Source: Piscinibacter sp. | GTDB taxonomy: Bacteria > Pseudomonadota > Gammaproteobacteria > Burkholderiales > Burkholderiaceae_C | DNA length: 48,537 nt | Assembly (NCBI GenBank): GCA_035254085.1 | Contig: DATFAY010000303.1 | Span: 1-48,537 of the forward strand | Direction: 5' to 3' | Shown: positions 19,622 to 29,218 of the stretch, one piece after another | Position numbering within the stretch: the first letter of the stretch is position 1 | Layout: each line of letters begins with the position of its first letter | The notes under the pieces: model-generated | The model's input: only the letters and a program-made list of their open reading frames with translations | Told to the model about the DNA's origin: nothing | The model's database searches: none | Position numbers and translations under genes: made by a program

Positions 19622-21073
19622 ATGGGCTGGCGGCTTCCGTCCCGGCGCGCCTGGACCCTGCTCGGCGCAGCCATCCTGCTGGGGATGGTGCTGGCCGCGC
19701 CGGCACATGCAGGTGTGCGCGACGCGTTCAACCAGATCGGCCGCTACGAGGACACCATCGTCCAGCGGGTGACCACGGTGGTGCAGGGCAGGGAGCTGCA
19801 GACGGTGGCGATGCGGCTGTTCGCCGTGCTCGCGCTGTCGCTGTTCATCCTGAAGTGCACGGGCTGGGCGCTGCGCGGCTTCCAGCTCGCGGACATGGTG
19901 CACACCATGATCCTCATCCTGATGACCGGTGCCATCCTGGCGGGCTACCCGAGCATCGTGTCGGCCATCTTCGACGCCACGCAGTACGTGGGGCAGGCGC
20001 TCCTCGCCGGCATCGCCGGCGTGCCGTTCTCCACCGCCGATCCGGCCGCGCTGCCCACCAAGCTGGTCCAGATGTTGTCGGGCATCGGCGACTCGGTGGT
20101 GGCCAACTGCTCGAGCAGCCTCCTTCACCCGCTGGCCTGCATCAAGGACGCCGTCGTCTCGCTCATCGTCGCGCTGGTGCTCTCGGTGGTGCTGGCGCTG
20201 CTGTGCATCATGATCATGGTGGTCGACATCTGGGGCTTCTGGCTGTATGCCATTGCGCTGGCCATCGGTCCCGTCATGCTGCCGTTCACGCTGTACAAGC
20301 GCCTCGCCTTCCTGTTCGACGGCGTGCTGCGCTTCTTCTTCGGGACGGTGATCTATGTCGTGATCGCGCACGTGAACCTCGGGTTGGTCGCAGTGGCCAT
20401 CCTCACGTCCCTCGGCGGCAGCGTGAGCGGGCTCATGTCGGGCTCGTTCACCGCGCCCACGCAGGCGCCGATCAACGACTTCGCCGACGTGGCCGGCCTG
20501 TTCCTGGTGTGCATCGTGGGCGTGTTCACGCTCGGCGCGACGGGCCGCTTCGCGAACTCGGTCATCAGCGGCGCGGTGGCCGAGGTGAGCTTCGGCAAGA
20601 TCGCGCAATCGGCCGTGCGCATCGTCGCATCGCCTGTGATCATCGCGGTCACCGGCGCGGTGCAAGGCGTGCGGGCGAAGAAGCAATCCAAGGCGAACAG
20701 CGGGCGCTCGCGTGAAGCACAGCGCCGCGACGGCGGTTCGGGCCACACGCGATCGAACAACTCGCGCCCCGGCAACTCGCCGCGACCGGCGACGGCGGGC
20801 ACGAGCGGCCGTGCGCACGCGCCGGGCCTGAGCTTCGGCGAGCGGCTGGGCGCCATGGGCAGCGGCGTGGCGCGCGCCTACCGCGATGCGGCGGTGAAGA
20901 CGCTGATGCGCAACCACGGTTTCCGGCGCGGCTACGACTTCGTCAAGCGCCGCGGCAACGGCGACGCGGGCTCGCAGGGCCGCCGCGCCGACCGCATGGG
21001 CGCGCAAAACGACGCCGACCGCCGCGCGCGCGACGAGGCCGATCGCCTGGCCGCCGCCGGGGGCGGCCCGTGA
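19622..21073 (+). CDS. virB6: T4SS VirB6/TrbL-like protein, copy 2, with basic C-terminal extension
   Basis: GPVMLPFTLYKRLAFLFDGVLRF; long Arg/Gly/Ser-rich tail. Confidence 0.8.
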   Translation: MGWRLPSRRAWTLLGAAILLGMVLAAPAHAGVRDAFNQIGRYEDTIVQRVTTVVQGRELQTVAMRLFAVLALSLFILKCTGWALRGFQLADMVHTMILILMTGAILAGYPSIVSAIFDATQYVGQALLAGIAGVPFSTADPAALPTKLVQMLSGIGDSVVANCSSSLLHPLACIKDAVVSLIVALVLSVVLALLCIMIMVVDIWGFWLYAIALAIGPVMLPFTLYKRLAFLFDGVLRFFFGTVIYVVIAHVNLGLVAVAILTSLGGSVSGLMSGSFTAPTQAPINDFADVAGLFLVCIVGVFTLGATGRFANSVISGAVAEVSFGKIAQSAVRIVASPVIIAVTGAVQGVRAKKQSKANSGRSREAQRRDGGSGHTRSNNSRPGNSPRPATAGTSGRAHAPGLSFGERLGAMGSGVARAYRDAAVKTLMRNHGFRRGYDFVKRRGNGDAGSQGRRADRMGAQNDADRRARDEADRLAAAGGGP

Positions 21074-22047
21074 CCGGGCCGGCCGGGGCGCGCCGCTGCA
21101 TCGCGCCGGCCTGCGCCCTCGCCTTCGCGTTGTGGAGCGCTCCGGCGCGCGCGGCCCAACTGCCCTGGCTGCACCAGATCTTCGTCTCGATGCAGGCGAC
21201 CAGCGACACGCTGGAGGCGAGCGTGCTGCGCGCCCTCGCGACGCACGAGGTGAACCTGGTCGTGAACGTGCTCTTCAGTGCGCTGGCGCTGTTCCTGTTC
21301 GTGTGGAAGTTCTCCGGCTTCGCGATGCGCGGCTTCGACCTGCTCGAGCTCCTCGAGCTGATGTTCACCATCTCGCTCGTGTACGTGCTGCTCACCGCGT
21401 ATCGAACGCTGATACCGGCGGTGGTGTCGGGCGGCCGCTTCATCGGCGATGCGCTGGGCACGGGCATCAGCCACGCGGACGGCAGCGCGACGCTGGCCGA
21501 ATCGATCTTCGGCACGCTGCTCGCGCTCAGCCTGCACCCGGTGTGCGACGGCGGCTTCTTCCATTGCCTCGGCCCCAACCTGCTGGCCATCCTGACCGTG
21601 GGCCTGGGGGACATCGCCATCCTGGCCATCGGCGCCGTCGCCACCATCGCCGAGGTGTGGATGAGCTGGTGCTCGCAGATCGCGTTCGCCATCGGCTGGC
21701 TGACGATCCCGTTCCTGCTGTACCGGCGCCTGTCGTTCCTCTTCGATGGCTGGCTGCGCTTCTTCTGCAGCGTGCTCATGTACGACATCATCGCCAAGGT
21801 GGCGCTGGCGATCGTGCTGCTCAGCATCAAGGTGATGCAGGACGACGCCCCCGGCTCCACCGGTGCCACCATCGACGTCCACACACCCTATGACCTGCTG
21901 GCGCTGATGCTGTTCATCATCGTGGGCTGCTTCGTCATCGGCTGCATCGGGCGCTTCGCGACGGTGGTGGTCAACGGCGTGCCCGGCATCGGCGGCGTGC
22001 TGCAGGACATGGCGCGCGGCGCGGCGCGTTCGTTCGGCAGCCGCTGA
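21070..22047 (+). CDS. virB6: T4SS VirB6/TrbL-like protein, copy 3
   Basis: GTGA overlap; GWLTIPFLLYRRLSFLFDGWLRF; closely similar to copy 1. Confidence 0.8.
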   Translation: MTGPAGARRCIAPACALAFALWSAPARAAQLPWLHQIFVSMQATSDTLEASVLRALATHEVNLVVNVLFSALALFLFVWKFSGFAMRGFDLLELLELMFTISLVYVLLTAYRTLIPAVVSGGRFIGDALGTGISHADGSATLAESIFGTLLALSLHPVCDGGFFHCLGPNLLAILTVGLGDIAILAIGAVATIAEVWMSWCSQIAFAIGWLTIPFLLYRRLSFLFDGWLRFFCSVLMYDIIAKVALAIVLLSIKVMQDDAPGSTGATIDVHTPYDLLALMLFIIVGCFVIGCIGRFATVVVNGVPGIGGVLQDMARGAARSFGSR

Positions 22048-22054
22048 GCAACGC

Positions 22055-22204
22055 GTGCGGGATGTCGCACGCGCGGGGCGGCGTGCTTGCGTGAAGACGC
22101 ACGGTGCAGCAGCCAGGCGGTTCGGCCGCCACGCCTGGGCAGCACGTGGAATCAAGCACTTGCGCGAATTGCCGTTCCAGTCGGTGCCTTGGCACGACTC
22201 TCGC
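22055..22204 (+). promoter_or_regulatory. Sigma-54 promoter module 2 (tandem enhancers + IHF + -24/-12) of the CHAP-sigma operon
   Basis: GTGCGGGATGTCGCAC 22055-22070 and TTGCGTGAAGACGCAC 22087-22102; IHF AATCAAGCACTTG 22150-22162; TGGCACGACTCTCGC 22190-22204. Confidence 0.85.
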
Positions 22205-22241
22205 GCTGACGTCGGCAGCACACGCACAGATCGGAGGCGCC

Positions 22242-23060
22242 ATGTCAACTGAGTTCCACCACGCTCATCCACCACGCAGCCGCGCGCTTGCGAAGACGCT
22301 GGCGTGTCTGGCCGTGGCGCTGTTCGCGGCGCTGCCGCAATGGGCCTCGGCCTTCGCCTGCGGCGATGCGCCGTCGGCGTATTTCGACGGCAACGGCGGC
22401 TTCGAGAGCTTCAACGACCCGAGCGGCTACCCCGTCTTCAACAAGAACCACTGCTACGGCAACCCGATCTTCTCGACCACCGGACGCGACACCTACACCA
22501 GCAATCCCTACGGCAACCGCGTCATGACCAACAGCGGCTTCGGCTACCAGTGCTTCGAGCTGGCCGAACGCTACTTCCTGTTCAAGTACAACAAGCGCAT
22601 CCGCGGTGAAGCGGCGGCCGACATGTGCGGCAACGCGCTGCCCAGCGGCGTGAAGCGCCTGTTCCCGGGGAGCGGCATGCCGGTGCCCGGCGACCTGTTC
22701 GTGTTCGGGCGCGGCAGCTGTGGCGCGAGCCCGCAATGGGGCCACATCGCCGTGATCACCAAGGTGTGGAATTCGGGCAGCGTGCAGATCGCGCAGCAGA
22801 ACATGCGCAGCGAGAAGTACACCATCGCCAACGTGAAGTCGTCGTGCGCCTGCGCCTATCTGCATGCCACCGACAACCTGGCGGCCAACGGGCCGCCCGT
22901 GGACACGCCGGCCGACGCGTGGGAGCCGGGCCGCGACGGCGGCGAGGATGGTCCGGAGCAGACCAACGGCGGCAACCTGATCGACGACCCGGGCAATACC
23001 TGTCACTGCACCTCGAGCGACCCACTGAGCGTGTGGCCGATGTGCTGCAAGAAGAAGTGA
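22242..23060 (+). CDS. Secreted CHAP-domain amidase/peptidase
   Basis: RBS GGAGG; signal peptide ending ASA; GYQCFELAERY (catalytic Cys), PVPGDLFVF, WGHIAVI (His), AQQN. Confidence 0.85.
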   Translation: MSTEFHHAHPPRSRALAKTLACLAVALFAALPQWASAFACGDAPSAYFDGNGGFESFNDPSGYPVFNKNHCYGNPIFSTTGRDTYTSNPYGNRVMTNSGFGYQCFELAERYFLFKYNKRIRGEAAADMCGNALPSGVKRLFPGSGMPVPGDLFVFGRGSCGASPQWGHIAVITKVWNSGSVQIAQQNMRSEKYTIANVKSSCACAYLHATDNLAANGPPVDTPADAWEPGRDGGEDGPEQTNGGNLIDDPGNTCHCTSSDPLSVWPMCCKKK

Positions 23061-23070
23061 GGCACTGTCC

Positions 23071-23568
23071 ATGACCGAGTTCTTCGCAAGCTTCTCGCGC
23101 ACGGCCGAGCGCCGCACGTCCACGCACATCGGCGCAATGGTGCGCTGGTGCGCCATCGGCACGCTGGCCGCGCTGGCCGCTGCCGCTGCGTCGGTGCCGC
23201 GCCCGGCATGGGCGCTGCCGGCGGACACGGCTTCGCCGGATGCACCCGCGGCTGCCTCGGCACCCAACCGGCTCAAGGTCGGCACGCGGGTCGACTTCGA
23301 TCCGCGCCGCGGCACGGTCGGCGATGCGATCGGCTTCCTGCTCGAGCCCGTGCACTATCACCTGACCATGCGCACGGTCGACCCGCTGATCAGTTCGGCG
23401 GTGCTGCGCCGCCCGGTGCCGGCCATCGCCGCCCATGCCGGCGTGATGAGCATCGAGTCGGCGCTCCTGCTGCTCATCGGCGACGAAAACCGGCTGGTGG
23501 TCGACCACGCGAACCGGCTGATCGCCATCGAGCGCCTGCCCGCCGGCAGCAGCGCCGCCACGCCATGA
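23071..23568 (+). CDS. Periplasmic PilL-like / N0(STN)-like small domain protein
   Basis: Signal-like segment ending AWA; TVGDAIGFLL...Y.L...G.MSIESAL.LL.G...LVVD...R.I recalls PFGI-1-class ICE PilL C-terminal domains (from memory, unverified). Confidence 0.6.
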   Translation: MTEFFASFSRTAERRTSTHIGAMVRWCAIGTLAALAAAAASVPRPAWALPADTASPDAPAAASAPNRLKVGTRVDFDPRRGTVGDAIGFLLEPVHYHLTMRTVDPLISSAVLRRPVPAIAAHAGVMSIESALLLLIGDENRLVVDHANRLIAIERLPAGSSAATP

Positions 23569-23583
23569 CTTCCAGGAGCGACC

Positions 23584-23781
23584 ATGATCCGTCCCCTCTT
23601 CCGTTCACGCGCGGCATCGCGTGCCGTTCTCATCGCTCTGCTGGCGGCGATGCAGGCGGGCTGCGGAACCTGGCAGCACAACGCCGCGCCCGCGCAGTCG
23701 CTTGCGGCGCCGCGCGTGGTCGAGCGCGACCTGGGGGCCGACTCCGCGGCGGCGCAGCACAACGCCAAGGCGACGCGATGA
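23584..23781 (+). CDS. Small putative lipoprotein (VirB7-like candidate)
   Basis: RBS AGGAG; basic N-terminus, hydrophobic stretch, QAGC lipobox-like Cys; 65 aa. Confidence 0.55.
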   Translation: MIRPLFRSRAASRAVLIALLAAMQAGCGTWQHNAAPAQSLAAPRVVERDLGADSAAAQHNAKATR

Positions 23782-23818
23782 GGGTGGCCGCGGGTCGGCG
23801 CACCCGAGGCGCCTGAGC

Positions 23819-24664
23819 GTGTTCAACGACACGCCGTACTTCGCTGGCGACGGCGCCGGCAGCGAGCCCTCTGGCGCACCGCAGCCGAACCTGATGACGC
23901 TGTACCTGCGCGAGGTGCGGCGCTTCGGACGACTGCAGCCCGAGGACGAAACCCAGCTGCTGGGCCAGCTCGCCGACGGCGATGCGCTCGCGCGCGAGGC
24001 GCTGATCTGCCATCACCTGGGCCTCGTCATCGCGATGGCGCGCGGCTTCTCGAACCGCGGGCTCGACCTGCTGGACCTGATCGAGGAAGGCAACCTCGGC
24101 ATGCTGGTCGCGCTGCAGAAGTTCGAATCCGATCGCGGCGTGCGCTTCTCGACCTATGCCGGCTGGTGGATCCGCTACTACCTGCAGACCGCGATCGCGA
24201 CCCAGGTGCCGATCGTGCGTCCGCCGCTGCGCCAGCAGCAGCGCGCCGCACGCCAGGCCTGGCAGTGGTGGTGCGACAGCCACGGCGACGAGGCGCCCGC
24301 CCCACCGGCCCACGACGAACGGCTCGTCAGCGCCGTGCCGCTGCACGACGACGATGTCGAGGGCCAGATCGACGATGCCGGGCTGCACCACCGCGACGTC
24401 TTCGACGAAGTGGCCGAGCAGCGTGACCTGCCGCGCCTGGCGTCGCTGCTGCGCGACCTCGTCGAGCAGCTGCCGTCGCGACAGCGCGACATCATCGTCG
24501 CGCGCTTCGGGCTCGACGGCCGCGACGAATGCACGCTGCAGCAGTTGAGCGACGACCGCGGCGTGACGCGCGAGCGCATCCGCCAGGTGCAGGTCGAAGC
24601 GCTAGGCGCGCTGCGCGAAGCCCTCGAGGAGCAGGGCATCACGCGCGACGTCGCGCTGCAGTGA
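23819..24664 (+). CDS. Sigma-70 family RNA polymerase sigma factor (RpoS/RpoD-like, shortened region 3)
   Basis: Region 1.2 LYLREV; region 2 DLIEEGNLGM, RFSTYAGWWIR; region 4 RFGL...TLQQL...VTRERIRQ. Start GTG 23819 or ATG 23894. Confidence 0.9.
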   Translation: MFNDTPYFAGDGAGSEPSGAPQPNLMTLYLREVRRFGRLQPEDETQLLGQLADGDALAREALICHHLGLVIAMARGFSNRGLDLLDLIEEGNLGMLVALQKFESDRGVRFSTYAGWWIRYYLQTAIATQVPIVRPPLRQQQRAARQAWQWWCDSHGDEAPAPPAHDERLVSAVPLHDDDVEGQIDDAGLHHRDVFDEVAEQRDLPRLASLLRDLVEQLPSRQRDIIVARFGLDGRDECTLQQLSDDRGVTRERIRQVQVEALGALREALEEQGITRDVALQ

Positions 24665-24714
24665 AGCGCGTCGGCGCACGCGACGACGGCGTGCCGAGCG
24701 CAGCGCCCACTGCC

Positions 24715-26106
<1,392 letters not shown>

Positions 26107-26113
26107 GGGGCCT

Positions 26114-26141
26114 AGCGTAGTGAAGTCGGCGCGCCGCGCAA
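26114..26141 (-). promoter_or_regulatory. Promoter of the enhancer-binding protein gene (TTGCGC-N16-TACGCT), probably leaderless
   Basis: Minus-strand TTGCGC (26141-26136), 16-nt spacer, TACGCT (26119-26114); ATG follows 7 nt later. Confidence 0.6.
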
Positions 26142-26143
26142 GC

Positions 26144-26157
26144 TACGAGATCTCGTA
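26144..26157. promoter_or_regulatory. Perfect 14-bp palindrome in the divergent promoter region
   Basis: TACGAGATCTCGTA, immediately upstream of the activator's -35 box. Confidence 0.5.
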
Positions 26158-26213
26158 AGGTGTCGGTGCCTGCGTGCTGCCGCCACCCGGGATGGCGGCC
26201 GGGCAAGGCGCAC

Positions 26214-26241
26214 TTGCGCGCACGCCCGGCCGCCCTACACC
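26214..26241 (+). promoter_or_regulatory. Promoter motif TTGCGC-N16-TACACC
   Basis: Same architecture as at 27072, 27931, 29219 and 26141(-). Confidence 0.65.
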
Positions 26242-26321
26242 CATGCCACCGTGCCGAAGCGTCTTCGCCGAGGCCGGAGTCGATTCGTCGTGCAGCCCCC
26301 CCTCAAGAAAGGAAGTGAAAG

Positions 26322-26969
26322 GTGTCGCAACCCGACACGGCAGTGCGCGTGACACGCGTCGTGGTCCTCGTCCGAGAGGGCGAGACCCAGACCGTGGCGC
26401 CGCACATCGTGCAGAACCCGATCGACATGCCGCTCCACCCGGACAGCGTGCCGCACGCGGTTGCCGCGGGCGTCGCGCTGGCCGGGAAGTTCGCTCGTCC
26501 GTGGAACATCACGGGCCGTGAACGAGAGATCGTCTACGCCAGCGGACCTCGGCGGGCCGCGCGCGCGACGCTGGAACTGATGTTCACGCGTCTCGGCATC
26601 GACCCGCTGAAGCGCGAGTACCGCCGCCACGCCGAGCTGGACGGGGTCGGAGCGAACGCGCAAGCGCACGCCTCCCGCACCCGAAGGCAAGGCAGCCGCG
26701 CGGCACTCGCCGCGCAGAACCCGCACGAGGCCTTGAGCCAGGCGATGCCGGTCGTGAACGGGCTGATCCGTTCAACGCCGGCCATCGTGCAGCCGTTGGG
26801 CCTGCTGACGGTCACGGTGATCGTGGGGAACGGGCAGTTGCTCGAGAGCGTCTGGCAAGTCCTGACCGAAGGGAGGTACGACCAGGCGGCGAACCTGTTC
26901 GTCCTGCGACCCGGAACACCCGTGTTCCTGGTGCTGGACCATGGTCACCGCTTGTTCCGCACGCTGTAG
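26322..26969 (+). CDS. Histidine phosphatase (PGM-like) superfamily homologue lacking the catalytic His
   Basis: VVLVREGET (cf. LVRHGET), DMPL, IVYASGPRRAARAT (cf. IYSSPL.RA.QT), VIVGNGQ (cf. VVSHGG). GTG start after a purine-rich RBS. Confidence 0.65.
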   Translation: MSQPDTAVRVTRVVVLVREGETQTVAPHIVQNPIDMPLHPDSVPHAVAAGVALAGKFARPWNITGREREIVYASGPRRAARATLELMFTRLGIDPLKREYRRHAELDGVGANAQAHASRTRRQGSRAALAAQNPHEALSQAMPVVNGLIRSTPAIVQPLGLLTVTVIVGNGQLLESVWQVLTEGRYDQAANLFVLRPGTPVFLVLDHGHRLFRTL

Positions 26970-27028
26970 CAGCAAGTAGCCATTCGGCTGCGCGCTGAAT
27001 CGACGCCGCTCCGATGAAGATCGGGGCA

Positions 27029-27068
27029 GAGCCGCGGAGTCACCTGACTCCGCGGCTCGTTTTTTTTT
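27029..27068 (+). terminator. Rho-independent terminator
   Basis: GAGCCGCGGAGTCA-cc-TGACTCCGCGGCTC followed by GT9. Confidence 0.9.
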
Positions 27069-27071
27069 GCC

Positions 27072-27099
27072 TTGCGATGCCGCACGAACGCACTACACC
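27072..27099 (+). promoter_or_regulatory. Promoter motif TTGCGA-N16-TACACC
   Basis: Directly after the terminator; shares CGCACTACACC with the 29219 promoter. Confidence 0.65.
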
Positions 27100-27185
27100 A
27101 CGCATGCCGCGTCGCGCCGGTCTCTCCTGCGCGGCCCGGTGCGCCATCGATCCAGTTGACAAACCCGAGAAGGGAATTGCGGGCG

Positions 27186-27806
27186 TTGAATGCACGCAGA
27201 GAACGAGACCCAGCCGTTTCCACCTACCTGGTGCTGGTGCGGCAACCATTCCTGCCGGACCCCGGGCATCGCAAGACCGCCACGCTGAGCGCCGTGGGAA
27301 GCGGCATGGAGCTCCAGCCGTTCTTCGACAGCCTGGGCCTGCGCGGCAACGAAGCGCCGATCGTGTGGGCGACCGGTACCGAATCGCCTGCCCGCGAAGC
27401 GCCGTCGTGGATCGCCCTCGCGATGAGGCTGATTCCGTGGACTGTGCACACCGTCGCTGATGCCGATCTCAACGAGCGGCACGTCGGCCTCGGCGTGCCG
27501 TCCGCGGAGGGCGGCGTATCGCCGGCCGCTGAAGCGCCGGCGCAGTTCGAGCGGCGGGTCGCGCGGCGCGTGCGCGCGCTGATCGACGGACTCGAGGTCG
27601 TCGACAGCCCGCGCGGCGGCATGCTGCGCATGCTCGTGGTGATCGGACCCAAGGAACTCATCGGGATGTTGCTCGAGCTTGCTGTCGCACACCGCAATGC
27701 GCTCGGCGATATCGAATGGACGATCGAGGAAGGCGTGCGCTTCGATACCGCGTTCGTGCTTCATGGAGTCCGGCGTGGTCCGACGCGTCGGCGTCGCCGG
27801 CAGTAG
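27186..27806 (+). CDS. Second histidine phosphatase-fold homologue lacking catalytic residues
   Basis: YLVLVRQP (RHG lost), LSAVG, DADLNERHVG (cf. D.RL.E..FG), AEAPAQFERRV (cf. GES...F..RV), LVVIGPK..I.MLL. Start uncertain (TTG 27186 after GAAGGGA). Confidence 0.6.
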   Translation: MNARRERDPAVSTYLVLVRQPFLPDPGHRKTATLSAVGSGMELQPFFDSLGLRGNEAPIVWATGTESPAREAPSWIALAMRLIPWTVHTVADADLNERHVGLGVPSAEGGVSPAAEAPAQFERRVARRVRALIDGLEVVDSPRGGMLRMLVVIGPKELIGMLLELAVAHRNALGDIEWTIEEGVRFDTAFVLHGVRRGPTRRRRRQ

Positions 27807-27853
27807 ATCAATCCGTCGATGGCGGGTCCTGGCGCCTTGCGCCGTGGCCTGAC

Positions 27854-27894
27854 ACGAGCCGCAGGGGCGATTGCTCCTGCGGCTCGTTCCTCTT
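27854..27894 (+). terminator. Terminator-like hairpin
   Basis: ACGAGCCGCAGGGGC-gatt-GCTCCTGCGGCTCGT then TCCTCTT. Confidence 0.65.
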
Positions 27895-27930
27895 CGGGGT
27901 CGGCCGCGAATGGATCGCGTGCGGACGGCC

Positions 27931-27958
27931 TTGACACAAGACGACCATGCCCTATGAC
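27931..27958 (+). promoter_or_regulatory. Promoter motif TTGACA-N16-TATGAC
   Basis: Variant of the repeated motif, with C before the -10 hexamer as in the others. Confidence 0.55.
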
Positions 27959-28042
27959 CTCTGTGCGGCCGCCGTCGGCGGCCGTGCCACGCAAGTGGGA
28001 ATCGAATGGAATCCCGCAAGGGAACCATGCGACTGAGAGGAG

Positions 28043-29038
28043 GTGGCGGTTTTGCAAGAGCAGCCGCCACACGGTTTCGGACCGCGCAGCAACCTGCTGA
28101 CGCTCGGCGCGATCGGCGCGTACTTGTTGTACGCGCTGGGCGTGCAAGGCATGCAGGGCGCCAGCCGTGGCATCGAGGTGTTTCACCTCGCTGCGGCAGG
28201 CACCGTGCTCGCGGTGCGCTTCCAGCTCGTGGCCTTGCTGGCCGGCCTCGCCGGCCTGCGGGTCGCGAGGCGAGATCGCTCCTGGGAAGTGTTCAAGCCG
28301 GGCAATGTGAAGCTTCGGCTCGCACAGGGCGCGGCGCAGGCACTGCAGACCGTGTTCATCGTGCTCGCCGCAGCGGAGCTGGCCGGCAAGTTCCAGGCGG
28401 CAGTCTCGCTGGCCCTCGTGGGCCTGTGGACCAATGCCATCGGCACCGCATTGCACCGGCGCGACAAGCACGCGGCGGTGTCCGGGCGGGCGTGGGTCTA
28501 TCCCGTCATGTACGTCGCGGTGGCGGTGTTCATCGCGACGCAGTCAGGCGCATCGCAGGGCAACCTGTGGCTGGGCCTCGCGTTCATGGCGGCGAGCGGC
28601 CTGTGCACCTCCGCGATGCACAGCTTCACCGAAGAAGCGGCCGACGAAAGCAAGATCACCTCGACGCTCTGGCAGAACGGCCCCGCGGCCGTGCTGTCCA
28701 TCGCGTTGTGGTTCCTGCCGGCGCCGATGATCGGACAGGCCTCCCTGCCTTCCGAGCACCTGGTGCTGACCGTCGTGCTGCTGCTCACGGTGGCCTTGTG
28801 CTCGATGGGCCAGCAGCTGGCACTCCAGCTGGCTGCCTGGCTGGGCAAGCAGGTCGGCATGGGAACGAATCGCCTGGTGCCGCTGCGCGGCGCCCAGGTG
28901 TACTTCGGTGCCCTGATCGACTGGCTGGCCTTCAGCAACCCGCCGCACGGCGCTGCCCAATGGGCCGCGATGGCGATGGTGTTGTTGCCCATGGCGCTGG
29001 GATGGATCTGGACGCGACCGAAGCCGCAACAGGGCTGA
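28043..29038 (+). CDS. DMT/EamA-like multi-pass membrane transporter
   Basis: About 10 hydrophobic segments in 331 aa; C-terminal FGALIDWLAF..PP...QW.AM.MV pattern; strong RBS GAGGAGG (start GTG 28043 or TTG 28052). Confidence 0.65.
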   Translation: MAVLQEQPPHGFGPRSNLLTLGAIGAYLLYALGVQGMQGASRGIEVFHLAAAGTVLAVRFQLVALLAGLAGLRVARRDRSWEVFKPGNVKLRLAQGAAQALQTVFIVLAAAELAGKFQAAVSLALVGLWTNAIGTALHRRDKHAAVSGRAWVYPVMYVAVAVFIATQSGASQGNLWLGLAFMAASGLCTSAMHSFTEEAADESKITSTLWQNGPAAVLSIALWFLPAPMIGQASLPSEHLVLTVVLLLTVALCSMGQQLALQLAAWLGKQVGMGTNRLVPLRGAQVYFGALIDWLAFSNPPHGAAQWAAMAMVLLPMALGWIWTRPKPQQG

Positions 29039-29047
29039 GTCCGAAGT

Positions 29048-29200
29048 GGGAACGCACGCAGCCAGCGTGCGTTCCCGCCCGGACCCAGGCGCGCACGCAT
29101 CGGCCATGACGGAACGTCTCCGTCATGGCCGTGCGTGACGCACATGGACGCCGACCGGCGGTGAGAGGACTTGTTCCTCCTCACCCTGGTCGGCGTTTGT
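29048..29200 (+). repeat. Three consecutive long inverted repeats, the last terminator-like
   Basis: Stems 29048-29076 (12 bp), 29101-29131 (13 bp), 29148-29196 (long, bulged, followed by TTGTTCTCT). Confidence 0.75.
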
Positions 29201-29218
29201 TCTCTCGCCCACGCTTCA

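Noticed and set aside
27072-27185. ORF-track start at 27072 (and 29125, 30548, 44612)
   Set aside because: These starts fall within or upstream of the predicted promoters; downstream starts fit better.
28042-28056. GG-N10-GC with TTGCA as a sigma-54 promoter
   Set aside because: Lacks TGGCA context, overlaps the RBS and start codon, and has no enhancer or IHF site.
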